Shown: positions 27,438 through 36,164 of the stretch, in pieces | How the letters are laid out: every line of letters begins with the position of its first letter | How positions within the stretch are numbered: position 1 is the stretch's first letter | Assembly (NCBI GenBank): GCA_050874685.1 | Contig: JBNMLD010000003.1 | Location: 1 to 43,981, forward strand | Source of the DNA: Candidatus Onthoplasma sp. | Lineage (GTDB): Bacteria > Bacillota > Clostridia > Christensenellales > UBA1242 | Direction of reading: 5' to 3' | Length of the DNA stretch: 43,981 nt | Notes under the pieces: model-generated | Told to the model about the DNA's origin: nothing | Databases searched by the model: none | Seen by the model: only the letters and a program-made list of their open reading frames with translations | Made by a program: the position numbers and the translations under genes

Positions 27438-28250
27438 ATGCGTATATGTAACTTGGCTAGCGGAAGCAGTGGCAACTGCACATATATTGAAGGAGATTCT
27501 GCCAGAATACTGATAGATAACGGCAAACCTTTTTCATATATTTTTAATGCGTTGAATGAACTTAACATTGCACCAGAAACCATTGATGCCATACTCATCA
27601 CTCACGAGCATAGCGACCATATTAAAGGCGTTGAAAAATTTGCACGCACTTTTAATACAAAAATTTTCGCTCACAGCAATGTTAAAGAAGTTTTGTTAAA
27701 TCAAATTCATATAGACCCAAACAATTTTGTTTTTTTTGACACTGATTTTGAAATTGGAGATTTACACATTCAACCTTTCCCATTGCCTCATGATAGCAAA
27801 TTCTGTGTTGGATATCGTGTAAATCAGGAAGATGCTGTTGTAACAGTTTGCACCGACTTGGGAGAATTTTCGGCTGAAACATTTGAAATTGTAAAATCAA
27901 GCGCATTGGTCTATCTTGAAGCAAATTATGACCCCGAAATGCTGATGTCTTATCCAGGCTATCCCCCATTTTTGAAGCGCAGAATAAGTGGTGGACATGG
28001 GCATTTAAGCAACCTTCAATGCGCAAAAGCAATTGAAAAACTTGTAAGCACTGGCACAAGGCTGGTTGTGTTAAGTCACATCAGTGAACACAGCAACACA
28101 ACAAATCTTGCAGTGGGAACAATCGCAAACTATTTGCAAAGCAAAAACATTGTTCCAAATCGTGATGTCCGCCTAGACATTGCTCACCACGAACAACGTG
28201 GAACTATATTTAGAATCACACCTACAAGTCAAAAAAATAATATAGATTAG
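27438..28250 (+). CDS. MBL-fold metallo-hydrolase, YycJ/WalJ/VicX family
   Basis: LASGSSGN, THEHSDH, PHD, TDLG, LEANYD, GHLSN, LSHISE. Confidence 0.88.
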   Translation: MRICNLASGSSGNCTYIEGDSARILIDNGKPFSYIFNALNELNIAPETIDAILITHEHSDHIKGVEKFARTFNTKIFAHSNVKEVLLNQIHIDPNNFVFFDTDFEIGDLHIQPFPLPHDSKFCVGYRVNQEDAVVTVCTDLGEFSAETFEIVKSSALVYLEANYDPEMLMSYPGYPPFLKRRISGGHGHLSNLQCAKAIEKLVSTGTRLVVLSHISEHSNTTNLAVGTIANYLQSKNIVPNRDVRLDIAHHEQRGTIFRITPTSQKNNID

Positions 28251-28276
28251 TTTTAAACCGGTCTATATTATTTTTT
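28231..28276. terminator. bidirectional terminator
   Basis: aaaaaataatataga...tctatattatttttt between convergent genes. Confidence 0.75.
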
Positions 28277-28284
28277 GTTTGTGA

Positions 28285-29604
28285 TTATTTTAATTGTTTG
28301 ATATCCATGACAGTATCATGAGGAATTGGCTTCCATTCCACACGTTTAAATAACGCAACGTATGATGTCCATTTACCTATAATATCAAATAGTGGGAATA
28401 AAATCATGTGGAAAACTGTTTTGAAAAATGGCAACTTACCAATTCTTTTTCTATATACAATCAAAACACAGGTTTGAACAACCAAATCTGATAGTAATGT
28501 CATTCCTAGTCCTGAAAGCCAACCAGTTAAAAACCCTAACCATACATTGCCAGCACTGCCAACAATGATGCCTATTATAAACATGCAAGTACATTTGATA
28601 ATTCTTCTAATAGCACCTTCAATTGAGAATGGAAAATTCAGCCAAAAGCAATCATAAGTCGTCCAAAATGTAATTTTGGGGTCAACTAAATTTTTTAGCA
28701 GTTTGGGGCAATTTTCCACAGTTGATTGCAAATGACCTTTAGACCAACGCAATCTTTGGCGCAATGCAACTTTTAATTTGTATGGTTGCTCATCATAAAA
28801 AATTGCATCATCGCAATATGTAATCCTATAATTTTGTATAACTGCATCAGTACAAAAACTTCTGTCTTCTGTAAGTGTTGTATAATTCCAACCATTTTTA
28901 ACCAATTCGTTTGCAAATAAAAAGCCTGTGCCTTGGATTCTGCATGCCTGATTCAACAAGCCTTTAGCACGATTTTCAGTCAAACAGGTGCGCATCCAGT
29001 GCATTGCATAACTAAATGAAATCCAGTTTTGATTCATGTTTTTAGAATGTCTGAAAGACGTGATTATTTTATTTCCAGCATCAAAAGCTTCATTCATTTT
29101 AGTGATATAGTTTGGATTTAAAACGTTATCAGCATCAAAAATAAAATACCCTTCAAAGGCTTCTACCCCTTTATCTCCTGTTAGTTCTTCATCGTCTTTG
29201 ATTTGTTCAAATAAATATTTCAGTGCAAAACCTTTTGTTCGCTCATCTGGATTTTTGTGTTCATATACTTTAACACACATATCTTGATGATTTTTAGCAA
29301 ACTCTCTCACTATTTCAGCGGTTGAGTCAGTACAATTATCCGCAACAACCAAAACTGAGATTTTATCTTTAGGGTAATCTTGGTTATAAACACTATCCAA
29401 AAGGTTTTTTATAACTTTTTCTTCGTTACGTGCCGCAACACATATAGCATAATTATGATTTTCTTTAGCAGTTGGAAATTTTTTAGCAGGGAACAAACCA
29501 ATTATTTTATAAATTGTTTTATAAAAAGTTAAGTACCCTATCACTGTACCTATGACAGAGCAAATAATGATTATCACATTTAAAACGTTTTCAAAAGTAG
29601 TCAT
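28285..29604 (-). CDS. glycosyltransferase family 2, processive/membrane type
   Basis: AARNEE, ADNCTD, FDADN, TED, QRLRW motifs with flanking TMs. Confidence 0.9.
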   Translation of the reverse strand: MTTFENVLNVIIIICSVIGTVIGYLTFYKTIYKIIGLFPAKKFPTAKENHNYAICVAARNEEKVIKNLLDSVYNQDYPKDKISVLVVADNCTDSTAEIVREFAKNHQDMCVKVYEHKNPDERTKGFALKYLFEQIKDDEELTGDKGVEAFEGYFIFDADNVLNPNYITKMNEAFDAGNKIITSFRHSKNMNQNWISFSYAMHWMRTCLTENRAKGLLNQACRIQGTGFLFANELVKNGWNYTTLTEDRSFCTDAVIQNYRITYCDDAIFYDEQPYKLKVALRQRLRWSKGHLQSTVENCPKLLKNLVDPKITFWTTYDCFWLNFPFSIEGAIRRIIKCTCMFIIGIIVGSAGNVWLGFLTGWLSGLGMTLLSDLVVQTCVLIVYRKRIGKLPFFKTVFHMILFPLFDIIGKWTSYVALFKRVEWKPIPHDTVMDIKQLK

Positions 29605-29798
29605 GATAATAGAATTGCAAATTAGACAATTAAAGTCAAATAAAATGAAAAAAATTATAATTTTGATAGATTAAAAGACATTAAAAATATGCGGAGTTAT
29701 ATTCCGCATATCATTTTTGTATTGGCTATTTTTAAATCATATTATTTTACTCTTGCATCTTTACCCAAAAACAACGAAAATATCAAATGCAATTTTTG

Positions 29799-30425
29799 TT
29801 ATTGATTGGGTTTTGTTCGATTTTTGCCATTTCCAATAAGGCTGAAATCAATACGATAATATCCTTGTTCCATGTCACATAACGGACATTTTTTTGGCGC
29901 TTGTTTGCCTTCAATGATTGTTCCACACTCATCACATTTAAAGCAAGCTTCTCCACAATTGCATTTATACAAACAATTACATTTCAACCCTTCCGCAAGT
30001 TTTTCTAATGTGCGTTGATGAGTTTTTTCAACCTTGGCAACCATATCAAACAATTCTGCCACATCTTTAAAGCCTTCGTCTCTTGCAATATCTGCAAAAG
30101 TTGGATAAATTGTCTCTGCGCTCATTTCTTCGTTGTGAGATTCTAATTTTAATGTTTCACACAAATCTGCGCCTTGTTTGAACGGATACCCTGCTTTAAT
30201 TTCAATATTTTGTGTATCCTGACCACCATGCTCATTAATCTTGTTAAAAAATTGTTGTGCGTGCGCCATTTCATTATGGGCAATGGTTCGCACCAAATTG
30301 CTTAAATACTCATATCCTTGTTGTTGCGCCATTTTTGCCAAAAACTGATAACGTGCACCCTCCATACATTCACTGGCAAATGAACGTGCCAAATTTTCTT
30401 TTGTTTTGCTTTGTTGAAAATCCAT
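29799..30425 (-). CDS. rubrerythrin-family protein
   Basis: SKTKENL, NEMAHA, VEKTH, C-terminal CDECG..CPLC rubredoxin domain; start MDFQ with GGAGG SD. Confidence 0.88.
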   Translation of the reverse strand: MDFQQSKTKENLARSFASECMEGARYQFLAKMAQQQGYEYLSNLVRTIAHNEMAHAQQFFNKINEHGGQDTQNIEIKAGYPFKQGADLCETLKLESHNEEMSAETIYPTFADIARDEGFKDVAELFDMVAKVEKTHQRTLEKLAEGLKCNCLYKCNCGEACFKCDECGTIIEGKQAPKKCPLCDMEQGYYRIDFSLIGNGKNRTKPNQ

Positions 30426-30549
30426 ACAACCCTCCAATTTCTATTTTTGCCAAGTGTCGCAAGTTAAAACAAAATAACAAATTTTTAATGCTAAAATTTT
30501 TAAAAGTTGTTTTTTGCAAAATATTTTTTAAAAAATTTGTAAAAATTTA

Positions 30550-30578
30550 TTGACAAACTTTTTTTTAATTGTTAATAT
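30550..30578 (+). promoter_or_regulatory. sigmaA promoter of the tRNA operon
   Basis: TTGACA-17-TAATAT with TG at -15/-14 and an A/T-rich UP region. Confidence 0.75.
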
Positions 30579-30615
30579 AAACTTGCATTTGTTGTGAAAT
30601 GCACCTAAAAATTTT

Positions 30616-30692
30616 GGGGGATTAGCTCAGTTGGCTAGAGCACTTGCCTTGCAAGCAAGGGGTCATCGGTTCGAATCCGATATTCTCCACCA
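30616..30692 (+). tRNA. tRNA-Ala(TGC)
   Basis: cloverleaf, G3:U70 pair, anticodon TGC, GTTCGAATC T-loop, encoded CCA. Confidence 0.97.
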
Positions 30693-30783
30693 AATGTTAT
30701 AGGAAGATGGCGAACATATTATTGTTCGCCAAATTCATAGGACATTAATGGTTGAAGCCTGTTTAAGCAATTTATTGCAAACA

Positions 30784-30799
30784 GATATTCTCCACCAAA
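30784..30799 (+). repeat. 16-bp duplicate of the tRNA-Ala 3' end (att-like)
   Basis: gatattctccaccaaa identical to 30679-30694. Confidence 0.85.
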
Positions 30800-30954
30800 A
30801 ATATTTTGAGATGTGAATTTCAAAGTTTACCTCCCTTAACATAAGGGGTTTACAAAGGGGAAACAAAGTTGCCACTTTGTAGAGGAGCAAACGCCTAACA
30901 AGCGGACGTTTGCGACAACTTGAAGCAAACTCGCAAAAAGGCGAATTGCGACGA

Positions 30955-31031
30955 AGAGATGTAGCTCAGCAGGTTAGAGCACCACCCTGATAAGGTGGGG
31001 GTCGGTGGTTCGAGTCCACTCATCTCTACCA
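30955..31031 (+). tRNA. tRNA-Ile(GAT)
   Basis: AGAGATG/CATCTCT acceptor stem, CCACC-CTGATAA-GGTGG anticodon arm, CCA. Confidence 0.97.
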
Positions 31032-31034
31032 AGA

Positions 31035-31066
31035 AAAAGTGTTTGACGTCAGTCAAGCATTTTTTT
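31035..31066 (+). terminator. terminator of the tRNA operon
   Basis: gtgtttgac-gtca-gtcaagcat followed by a T-tract. Confidence 0.75.
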
Positions 31067-31251
31067 ATAAAATCAGTTTTGCAAAGTTTATTTAGGTACA
31101 CAAAATTCTGTAAAAGAAAATAATTTGCCTAAGCAAATCTAAATTGTCGTAAAACTACAAAAATATAGCCGAAAAACATTCAAATTAATAAACAACTAAT
31201 TATTTTATCTATAATTTTTGATACATATACAAAAAAGGAACACCTCATAAA

Positions 31252-31329
31252 TGAAGTGAACCCTATAAATTTTATTGTTTCTGTTTTTTGCTAATCTTAA
31301 AATGTCCAATTTTTGAGTTTTCTGGTTTA
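31252..31329. mobile_element. possible degenerate IS3-family-derived MITE relic
   Basis: TGAAGTGAACCC.. and ..TGTCCAATTTTTGAG resemble IS150-group terminal inverted repeats; no transposase. Confidence 0.3.
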
Positions 31330-32826
31330 TTGTTTATCTTGCTTTTCATTTTCAATAAATTCGTTATTTTCTTGTGCAACCTCGCTTGCAACTGCAAGTT
31401 TTTGTTTTTTGTTTTTGCCAATGTCTTTTAGTTTATAAATCAGTTGAATTGAAAGCCACAAAAGAGTGCAAACAGCCATAAACACCGCATAAATAACAAG
31501 TTGAATCACTGGATAGAATGTTCCATACCCAATTTTAAAAGATACAAACAATTTTCCAACACCATCACCCAGAAGTTTTATAGCTTTTGATGCGTCAAAC
31601 ATAAACAGGTAGTTTGCTGCCCAGAAATCATTGCCTGTTTTAAGCGCAATTGCATTAAACATCGTTCCAAGAGCCCAAACACAAACAAAGTAAATTGTAA
31701 AGCCAATCAAGCAATCTTTTAATGCAGTTTTGTCAAGTCTAGGGAAAATGCCAAAAAGCAAAGCAAGAAGAGGAATAACCATAACGTTGCCATGTTCCAG
31801 AATAAAATGCATGTTGTAAAGATAGAACAATCCTTTATTATCCAAATCTGGACTTGCCAAAGCAAACAAAACACCAATAACATTTATAATCACAGTAAAG
31901 TTAAACAAATGTTTATTTTTTGTTATAAGCGAAAATAAAATAAAGAAAGATCCAAGGTTGCATAGTTGGAAAGGTAAACGTGCAACATTGATTGAAATTG
32001 CCGAAAACATTTGCAAATATTGCATTATAAGTGACAGAGACAAAACAAGTAGCAAAACCATTTTAGTCTCTTCACTTCGTTTCCTGAATATAAAATAAAG
32101 TGCAATAATTTCACAGACAATCAAGAAAATCCATGCGAAGTGAACAATGCTATACGCTTCAAAAATGAGATTTGTATATCCAAACAAGTGTTGCAACACA
32201 TAAATTGGAAGCGCAGATAAAATCATGAAAGGAAGTGTGATAAAGAAATTGAAATATTCTTTTTTATTTTTAAACTCAAACACATGCCTCTCTTGAATTG
32301 CAAGAATAACAGGAATCACAAGTTGTAGGCACATTAGAATTCCAAACCAAATTGAGCGGAATGTCGGGTTGATTAAAAATTGTTTAAAGCCATCAGAGAT
32401 AACTGAAATTGAATTAAGCCCCCTTCCTGCAGTTGATGTAAAATCTATAAGATATTGTTTGAAGAAGCATATTTGAACAATAGTCATGATTGTGCAAAAA
32501 TAAATTGCGATATTTCTGATTGTTCGGTTCTTATAAAAAACTGCAATTGGCAAACAGATAAATGAAACCATACTGAACCATCTTACAATTGCATAACCAT
32601 ACCTTGCCGGCATTGATGCCAGGTCTTCTTTTGAATAACTAAGAGCAAAAGCATCGGGCAAAATCAAAGAAACAAGCATTAAACACGCATAAACAACAAC
32701 ACTGATTTTTAAAATTTTATTTATAACTTTTGCAAATTTTTCGTTTCCTTTAAAAACACAAAATCTTAAAATACAATAAGTGGCCATTAAAACTGCAATA
32801 ATGATTGACAAAATTAAATAAAACAT
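31327..32826 (-). CDS. YwaF/TMEM164-family integral membrane protein, extended form
   Basis: many TM segments; RLPFQLCN, HFILEH, ANYLFM motifs. Confidence 0.75.
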   Translation of the reverse strand: MFYLILSIIIAVLMATYCILRFCVFKGNEKFAKVINKILKISVVVYACLMLVSLILPDAFALSYSKEDLASMPARYGYAIVRWFSMVSFICLPIAVFYKNRTIRNIAIYFCTIMTIVQICFFKQYLIDFTSTAGRGLNSISVISDGFKQFLINPTFRSIWFGILMCLQLVIPVILAIQERHVFEFKNKKEYFNFFITLPFMILSALPIYVLQHLFGYTNLIFEAYSIVHFAWIFLIVCEIIALYFIFRKRSEETKMVLLLVLSLSLIMQYLQMFSAISINVARLPFQLCNLGSFFILFSLITKNKHLFNFTVIINVIGVLFALASPDLDNKGLFYLYNMHFILEHGNVMVIPLLALLFGIFPRLDKTALKDCLIGFTIYFVCVWALGTMFNAIALKTGNDFWAANYLFMFDASKAIKLLGDGVGKLFVSFKIGYGTFYPVIQLVIYAVFMAVCTLLWLSIQLIYKLKDIGKNKKQKLAVASEVAQENNEFIENEKQDKQ

Positions 32827-32854
32827 ATTTTTTTCTCCTTTGTTTTTTATGATA

Positions 32855-33619
32855 TTATTTCAAGCACTTTTTTGAATCAGTTTGGGCTGAAGGGGTATAA
32901 ATATCTAGTGTTTTATATTTTGTGAAGCACAATGCAACAAGATAGAACAAAATTCCGCAGACTGGTAGCATTGGAAGCAGATATATAAAAGGGATTGGTA
33001 TAAGTTTAAAAAGCGGAACAAGAACCATGATTCCGTCAGGGCTCATTGTATATGAATGATTATGTGGTCCGCTTATGCTAAAGCCATTTAATGCATAATT
33101 GGCAAAAAAGCACACACCAAAATATGCTAAAACGCAAAGGCAAACCCAAAGAACATATTTTTTCTGAGGCTTCATCCAACGCGCTGCAATCATTAAAAGA
33201 GGAACAAGCACAACAAACAAATGATCAATCCAGAAGTTAAGTGTTACCACTGAATACCACATTGAATTTTCAACATCGGATACATAAGTTACAAATGTTG
33301 AAAGTGCACAAGGCATTGAGAAATAAAATAAATATTGTCTTGCCAATTCATTTTTCTTGATTAGGCAAAGCGGAAGCAAAATAAAGTTGAAGTTGCAAAC
33401 CTGAAACATTTGAACAAAGAAATTTTTAAAGTCAAGGCTTTTGCCATAGTGTGTCAAATGCAAAAACATTATCCCTATCATGCAAACAATAACAGCAGAA
33501 TAAATCATTACACATTGCCACTTATAACTTACATGAGATATTATAAGCATCAAAACCACTACAACAACAATAGAAGCCAACACCATTAAAATATGGGCTG
33601 TGCCACCAATAGTCATCAT
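32855..33619 (-). CDS. YwaF/TMEM164-family integral membrane protein
   Basis: TMs; FQVCN, FWIDH, NHSY motifs. Confidence 0.65.
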   Translation of the reverse strand: MMTIGGTAHILMVLASIVVVVVLMLIISHVSYKWQCVMIYSAVIVCMIGIMFLHLTHYGKSLDFKNFFVQMFQVCNFNFILLPLCLIKKNELARQYLFYFSMPCALSTFVTYVSDVENSMWYSVVTLNFWIDHLFVVLVPLLMIAARWMKPQKKYVLWVCLCVLAYFGVCFFANYALNGFSISGPHNHSYTMSPDGIMVLVPLFKLIPIPFIYLLPMLPVCGILFYLVALCFTKYKTLDIYTPSAQTDSKKCLK

Positions 33620-33835
33620 AATAAATTTTTCCTTTTCTTATGTATTAATTTGATTTTAACAAAAAAATTAGGACAAGTCAAAACATTTGTCCTCTGTTCT
33701 TTTGTGGATGTGAACACCAAAAATTTTAAATATTAAATACTTCAATTAATGAAAAAAATAATAAAAAATCTCAATTTTGTGTTAAAATTCACTAAAATAA
33801 TAGATATTTTTATATATTTTTTAAATTTTTCATTT

Positions 33836-34270
33836 TTAATCTTTATCAATATCGCAGCAACATGCGCCATTTTTGCAAAATTTTGATTGATCATAAGCGA
33901 TATTATGTTTGTCATAATAATCTTTTATTGCCGCTTTTATTGCTTCTTCAGCCAAAACTGAACAATGAATCTTATGAGCAGGCAACCCGTCCAAAGCTTC
34001 AACAACTGCTTGATTGGTCAATTCCAATGCTTGGCCAATTGGTTTACCTTTAATCAATTCGGTAGCCATTGAACTTGTTGCAATAGCACTGCCACAGCCA
34101 AATGTCATAAATTTAACATCAGTGATTATACCGTCTTTAACCTTAATGTACATATGCATAATATCGCCACATTTTGCGTTGCCAACTTCACCAACACCAT
34201 CAGCATTTTCCATTTCACCAACATTACGAGGATTGCGGAAATGGTCCATAACTTTTTCACTATATAACAT
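33836..34270 (-). CDS. iscU: Fe-S cluster scaffold IscU/NifU
   Basis: YSEKVMDHF.NPRNVG, CGD, FGCGSAIA, KIHCSVLAEEA. Confidence 0.96.
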   Translation of the reverse strand: MLYSEKVMDHFRNPRNVGEMENADGVGEVGNAKCGDIMHMYIKVKDGIITDVKFMTFGCGSAIATSSMATELIKGKPIGQALELTNQAVVEALDGLPAHKIHCSVLAEEAIKAAIKDYYDKHNIAYDQSKFCKNGACCCDIDKD

Positions 34271-35462
34271 GTTTAATTTCTCCTTTCTCTAATCTATCCC
34301 ATACTGGGCTAATTTTTCTTAAATATTCAACAACTTCAGGCACAGCCTTGATTGTTTTTTCTATATCTTGTTCGGTTGTATATTTGCTTAATGTTAAACG
34401 CAAACTTCCGTGAGCAATTTCGTGTGGCAAACCTATTGCCAACAAAACATGGCTTGGGTCAAGAGAACCAGATGTACATGCTGAACCACTTGACGCACAT
34501 ATCCCCTTATCATCAAGAAGCAATAACAAACTTTCACCTTCAATACCCTCAAACGACATATTGAAATTGTTTGGCAATCTAGATTCAACATCTCCGTTTG
34601 TTTTTGAGTGTGGAATTTTTGATAATTCTACAAAAAGCTTGTTTCGCAATTTAAGTTCATGTTCAGCTGTTTGTTGCATATCTTTACAAGCCAAATCAAG
34701 GGCGACACTCATTCCAACAATGCCTGGCAAGTTCTCTGTGCCTGCACGGCGATTTTTTTCTTGTCCACCACCATGAATAAAACTGAACAATGGGCTGCCC
34801 TTTCTGCAATACAAAGCGCCAACACCTTTTGGGCCATGGAATTTATGCCCTGACATACTTAACATATCAATATTCATTTCTTTAACATCAATTGGCAAAT
34901 GCCCCACTGCTTGAACCGCATCTGTGTGGAAAATGATATGTTTGCCACGACAAATTTGTCCAATCTCTTTTATTGGTTGAATTGTACCAATCTCATTATT
35001 TGCAAACATAATTGTAACCAAGCATGTTTTGTCTGTGATAGCATTCTTTAAATCATCAATATGAATGATACCATTTTCATAAACAGGCAACATCACTATT
35101 TCAAAGCCCTGTTTTTGTTTTTCAGCCAAAGTGTGCAAAATTGCATGATGTTCAAATGCTGAAGTTATTATTTGGTTTTTGCCAGTAAGTTTGCCAAATT
35201 TACAAGCGGTTTCAATTGCCCAATTATCACTTTCACTACCACCAGATGTGAAATATATTTCGTCAGTTTGCGCATTCAAACAATTTGCAACTGTCTGTCT
35301 TGCCTTTTCAAGTTCTTCTTTTGCTTTTTGCCCAACCGAATGCAAACTACTAGGATTGCCAAATATTTCATCAAAATATGGCAGCATTGCCTGTTTAACC
35401 TCTGGGCTAACTTTTGTTGTACCAGCATTATCAAGATATATTGTATCTTTATTTATATTCAT
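34260..35462 (-). CDS. iscS: cysteine desulfurase IscS/NifS
   Basis: YLDNAGTT, HTDAVQA, SGHKFHGPKG, SSGSACTS; start MNIN with AGGAG SD. Confidence 0.96.
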   Translation of the reverse strand: MNINKDTIYLDNAGTTKVSPEVKQAMLPYFDEIFGNPSSLHSVGQKAKEELEKARQTVANCLNAQTDEIYFTSGGSESDNWAIETACKFGKLTGKNQIITSAFEHHAILHTLAEKQKQGFEIVMLPVYENGIIHIDDLKNAITDKTCLVTIMFANNEIGTIQPIKEIGQICRGKHIIFHTDAVQAVGHLPIDVKEMNIDMLSMSGHKFHGPKGVGALYCRKGSPLFSFIHGGGQEKNRRAGTENLPGIVGMSVALDLACKDMQQTAEHELKLRNKLFVELSKIPHSKTNGDVESRLPNNFNMSFEGIEGESLLLLLDDKGICASSGSACTSGSLDPSHVLLAIGLPHEIAHGSLRLTLSKYTTEQDIEKTIKAVPEVVEYLRKISPVWDRLEKGEIKHVI

Positions 35463-35475
35463 TGTTTCTCCTATT

Positions 35476-35496
35476 ATCATACTATTTTGGTATGAA
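35476..35496. promoter_or_regulatory. putative Rrf2 operator, copy 2
   Basis: ATCATAC-N7-GTATGAA, 18/21 identical to 35955-35975. Confidence 0.7.
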
Positions 35497-35533
35497 TTAA
35501 AACTTTTTAAAAATGCCAAGTTTGGCGCAAAAG

Positions 35534-35938
35534 CTAAAATGTTTTGTTCAACAAGTCGTCAAGTGTTATACCTGAAAGATAATCAACAATCATCAAATTG
35601 AGCTTTTCCCAACAACCTATGCTATCACATTTATTTTGCATTGGGCAATTTTTGCCTTTTGACAAACATGGTGCTAAGCATGGCAAATCGTTTGTCGCTT
35701 TCAAAATATCAGCAACCGTATATTGGCTTGGAAGTTTTTTCAATTTATATCCACCAGTTGAGCCACGAGCGCTTTCAATCAGTTTTGCCTTGTTCAACAT
35801 TGAAATGATTTTTTCAAGATATTTGGTTGAAATGTTTTGTTTTTCACTCAATTCCGCAACAGAAACAAATTCTCCTTGATGCTTTGCCAATTCAGCCATC
35901 ACTCTAACAGCATATCTGCCTTTTGATGATATTTTCAT
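35534..35938 (-). CDS. Rrf2-family regulator (IscR/CymR-like) with three Cys
   Basis: MKISSKGRYA, YLEKI, S.RG..GGY, C-x6-C-x5-C; heads the isc operon. Confidence 0.92.
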   Translation of the reverse strand: MKISSKGRYAVRVMAELAKHQGEFVSVAELSEKQNISTKYLEKIISMLNKAKLIESARGSTGGYKLKKLPSQYTVADILKATNDLPCLAPCLSKGKNCPMQNKCDSIGCWEKLNLMIVDYLSGITLDDLLNKTF

Positions 35939-35954
35939 AATTTCTCCGTTTTAA

Positions 35955-36007
35955 ATCATACTTATTTGGTATGATATAATTATATCAATCAATATTTATG
36001 TTGTCAA
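35955..36007 (-). promoter_or_regulatory. sigmaA promoter with a palindromic operator over the start site
   Basis: TTGACA(36002-36007)-17-TATAAT(35979-35984); ATCATAC-N7-GTATGAT at 35955-35975. Confidence 0.8.
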
Positions 36008-36164
36008 TGGTTTTTTATTATTTTTCTCATTGTTTTTTTATTCATAGAAATTAACAGGTTTTCAACGCATTCAAACTGGAAAATCAATTTTTTTCAAGAT
36101 TTTATTAAAAAAATACCGCAAAACTCGTTAATTTTGCAGTATTTTTTCACATTTGTTTGATTTT

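Noticed and set aside
30701-30797. Third tRNA or tmRNA ending in the duplicated TCCACCA
   Set aside because: No T-loop consensus, anticodon arm or tag reading frame; the putative acceptor stem is mismatched and lacks G3:U70.
30895-31101. 68-aa minus-strand ORF
   Set aside because: Antisense to tRNA-Ile, a well-known spurious translation.
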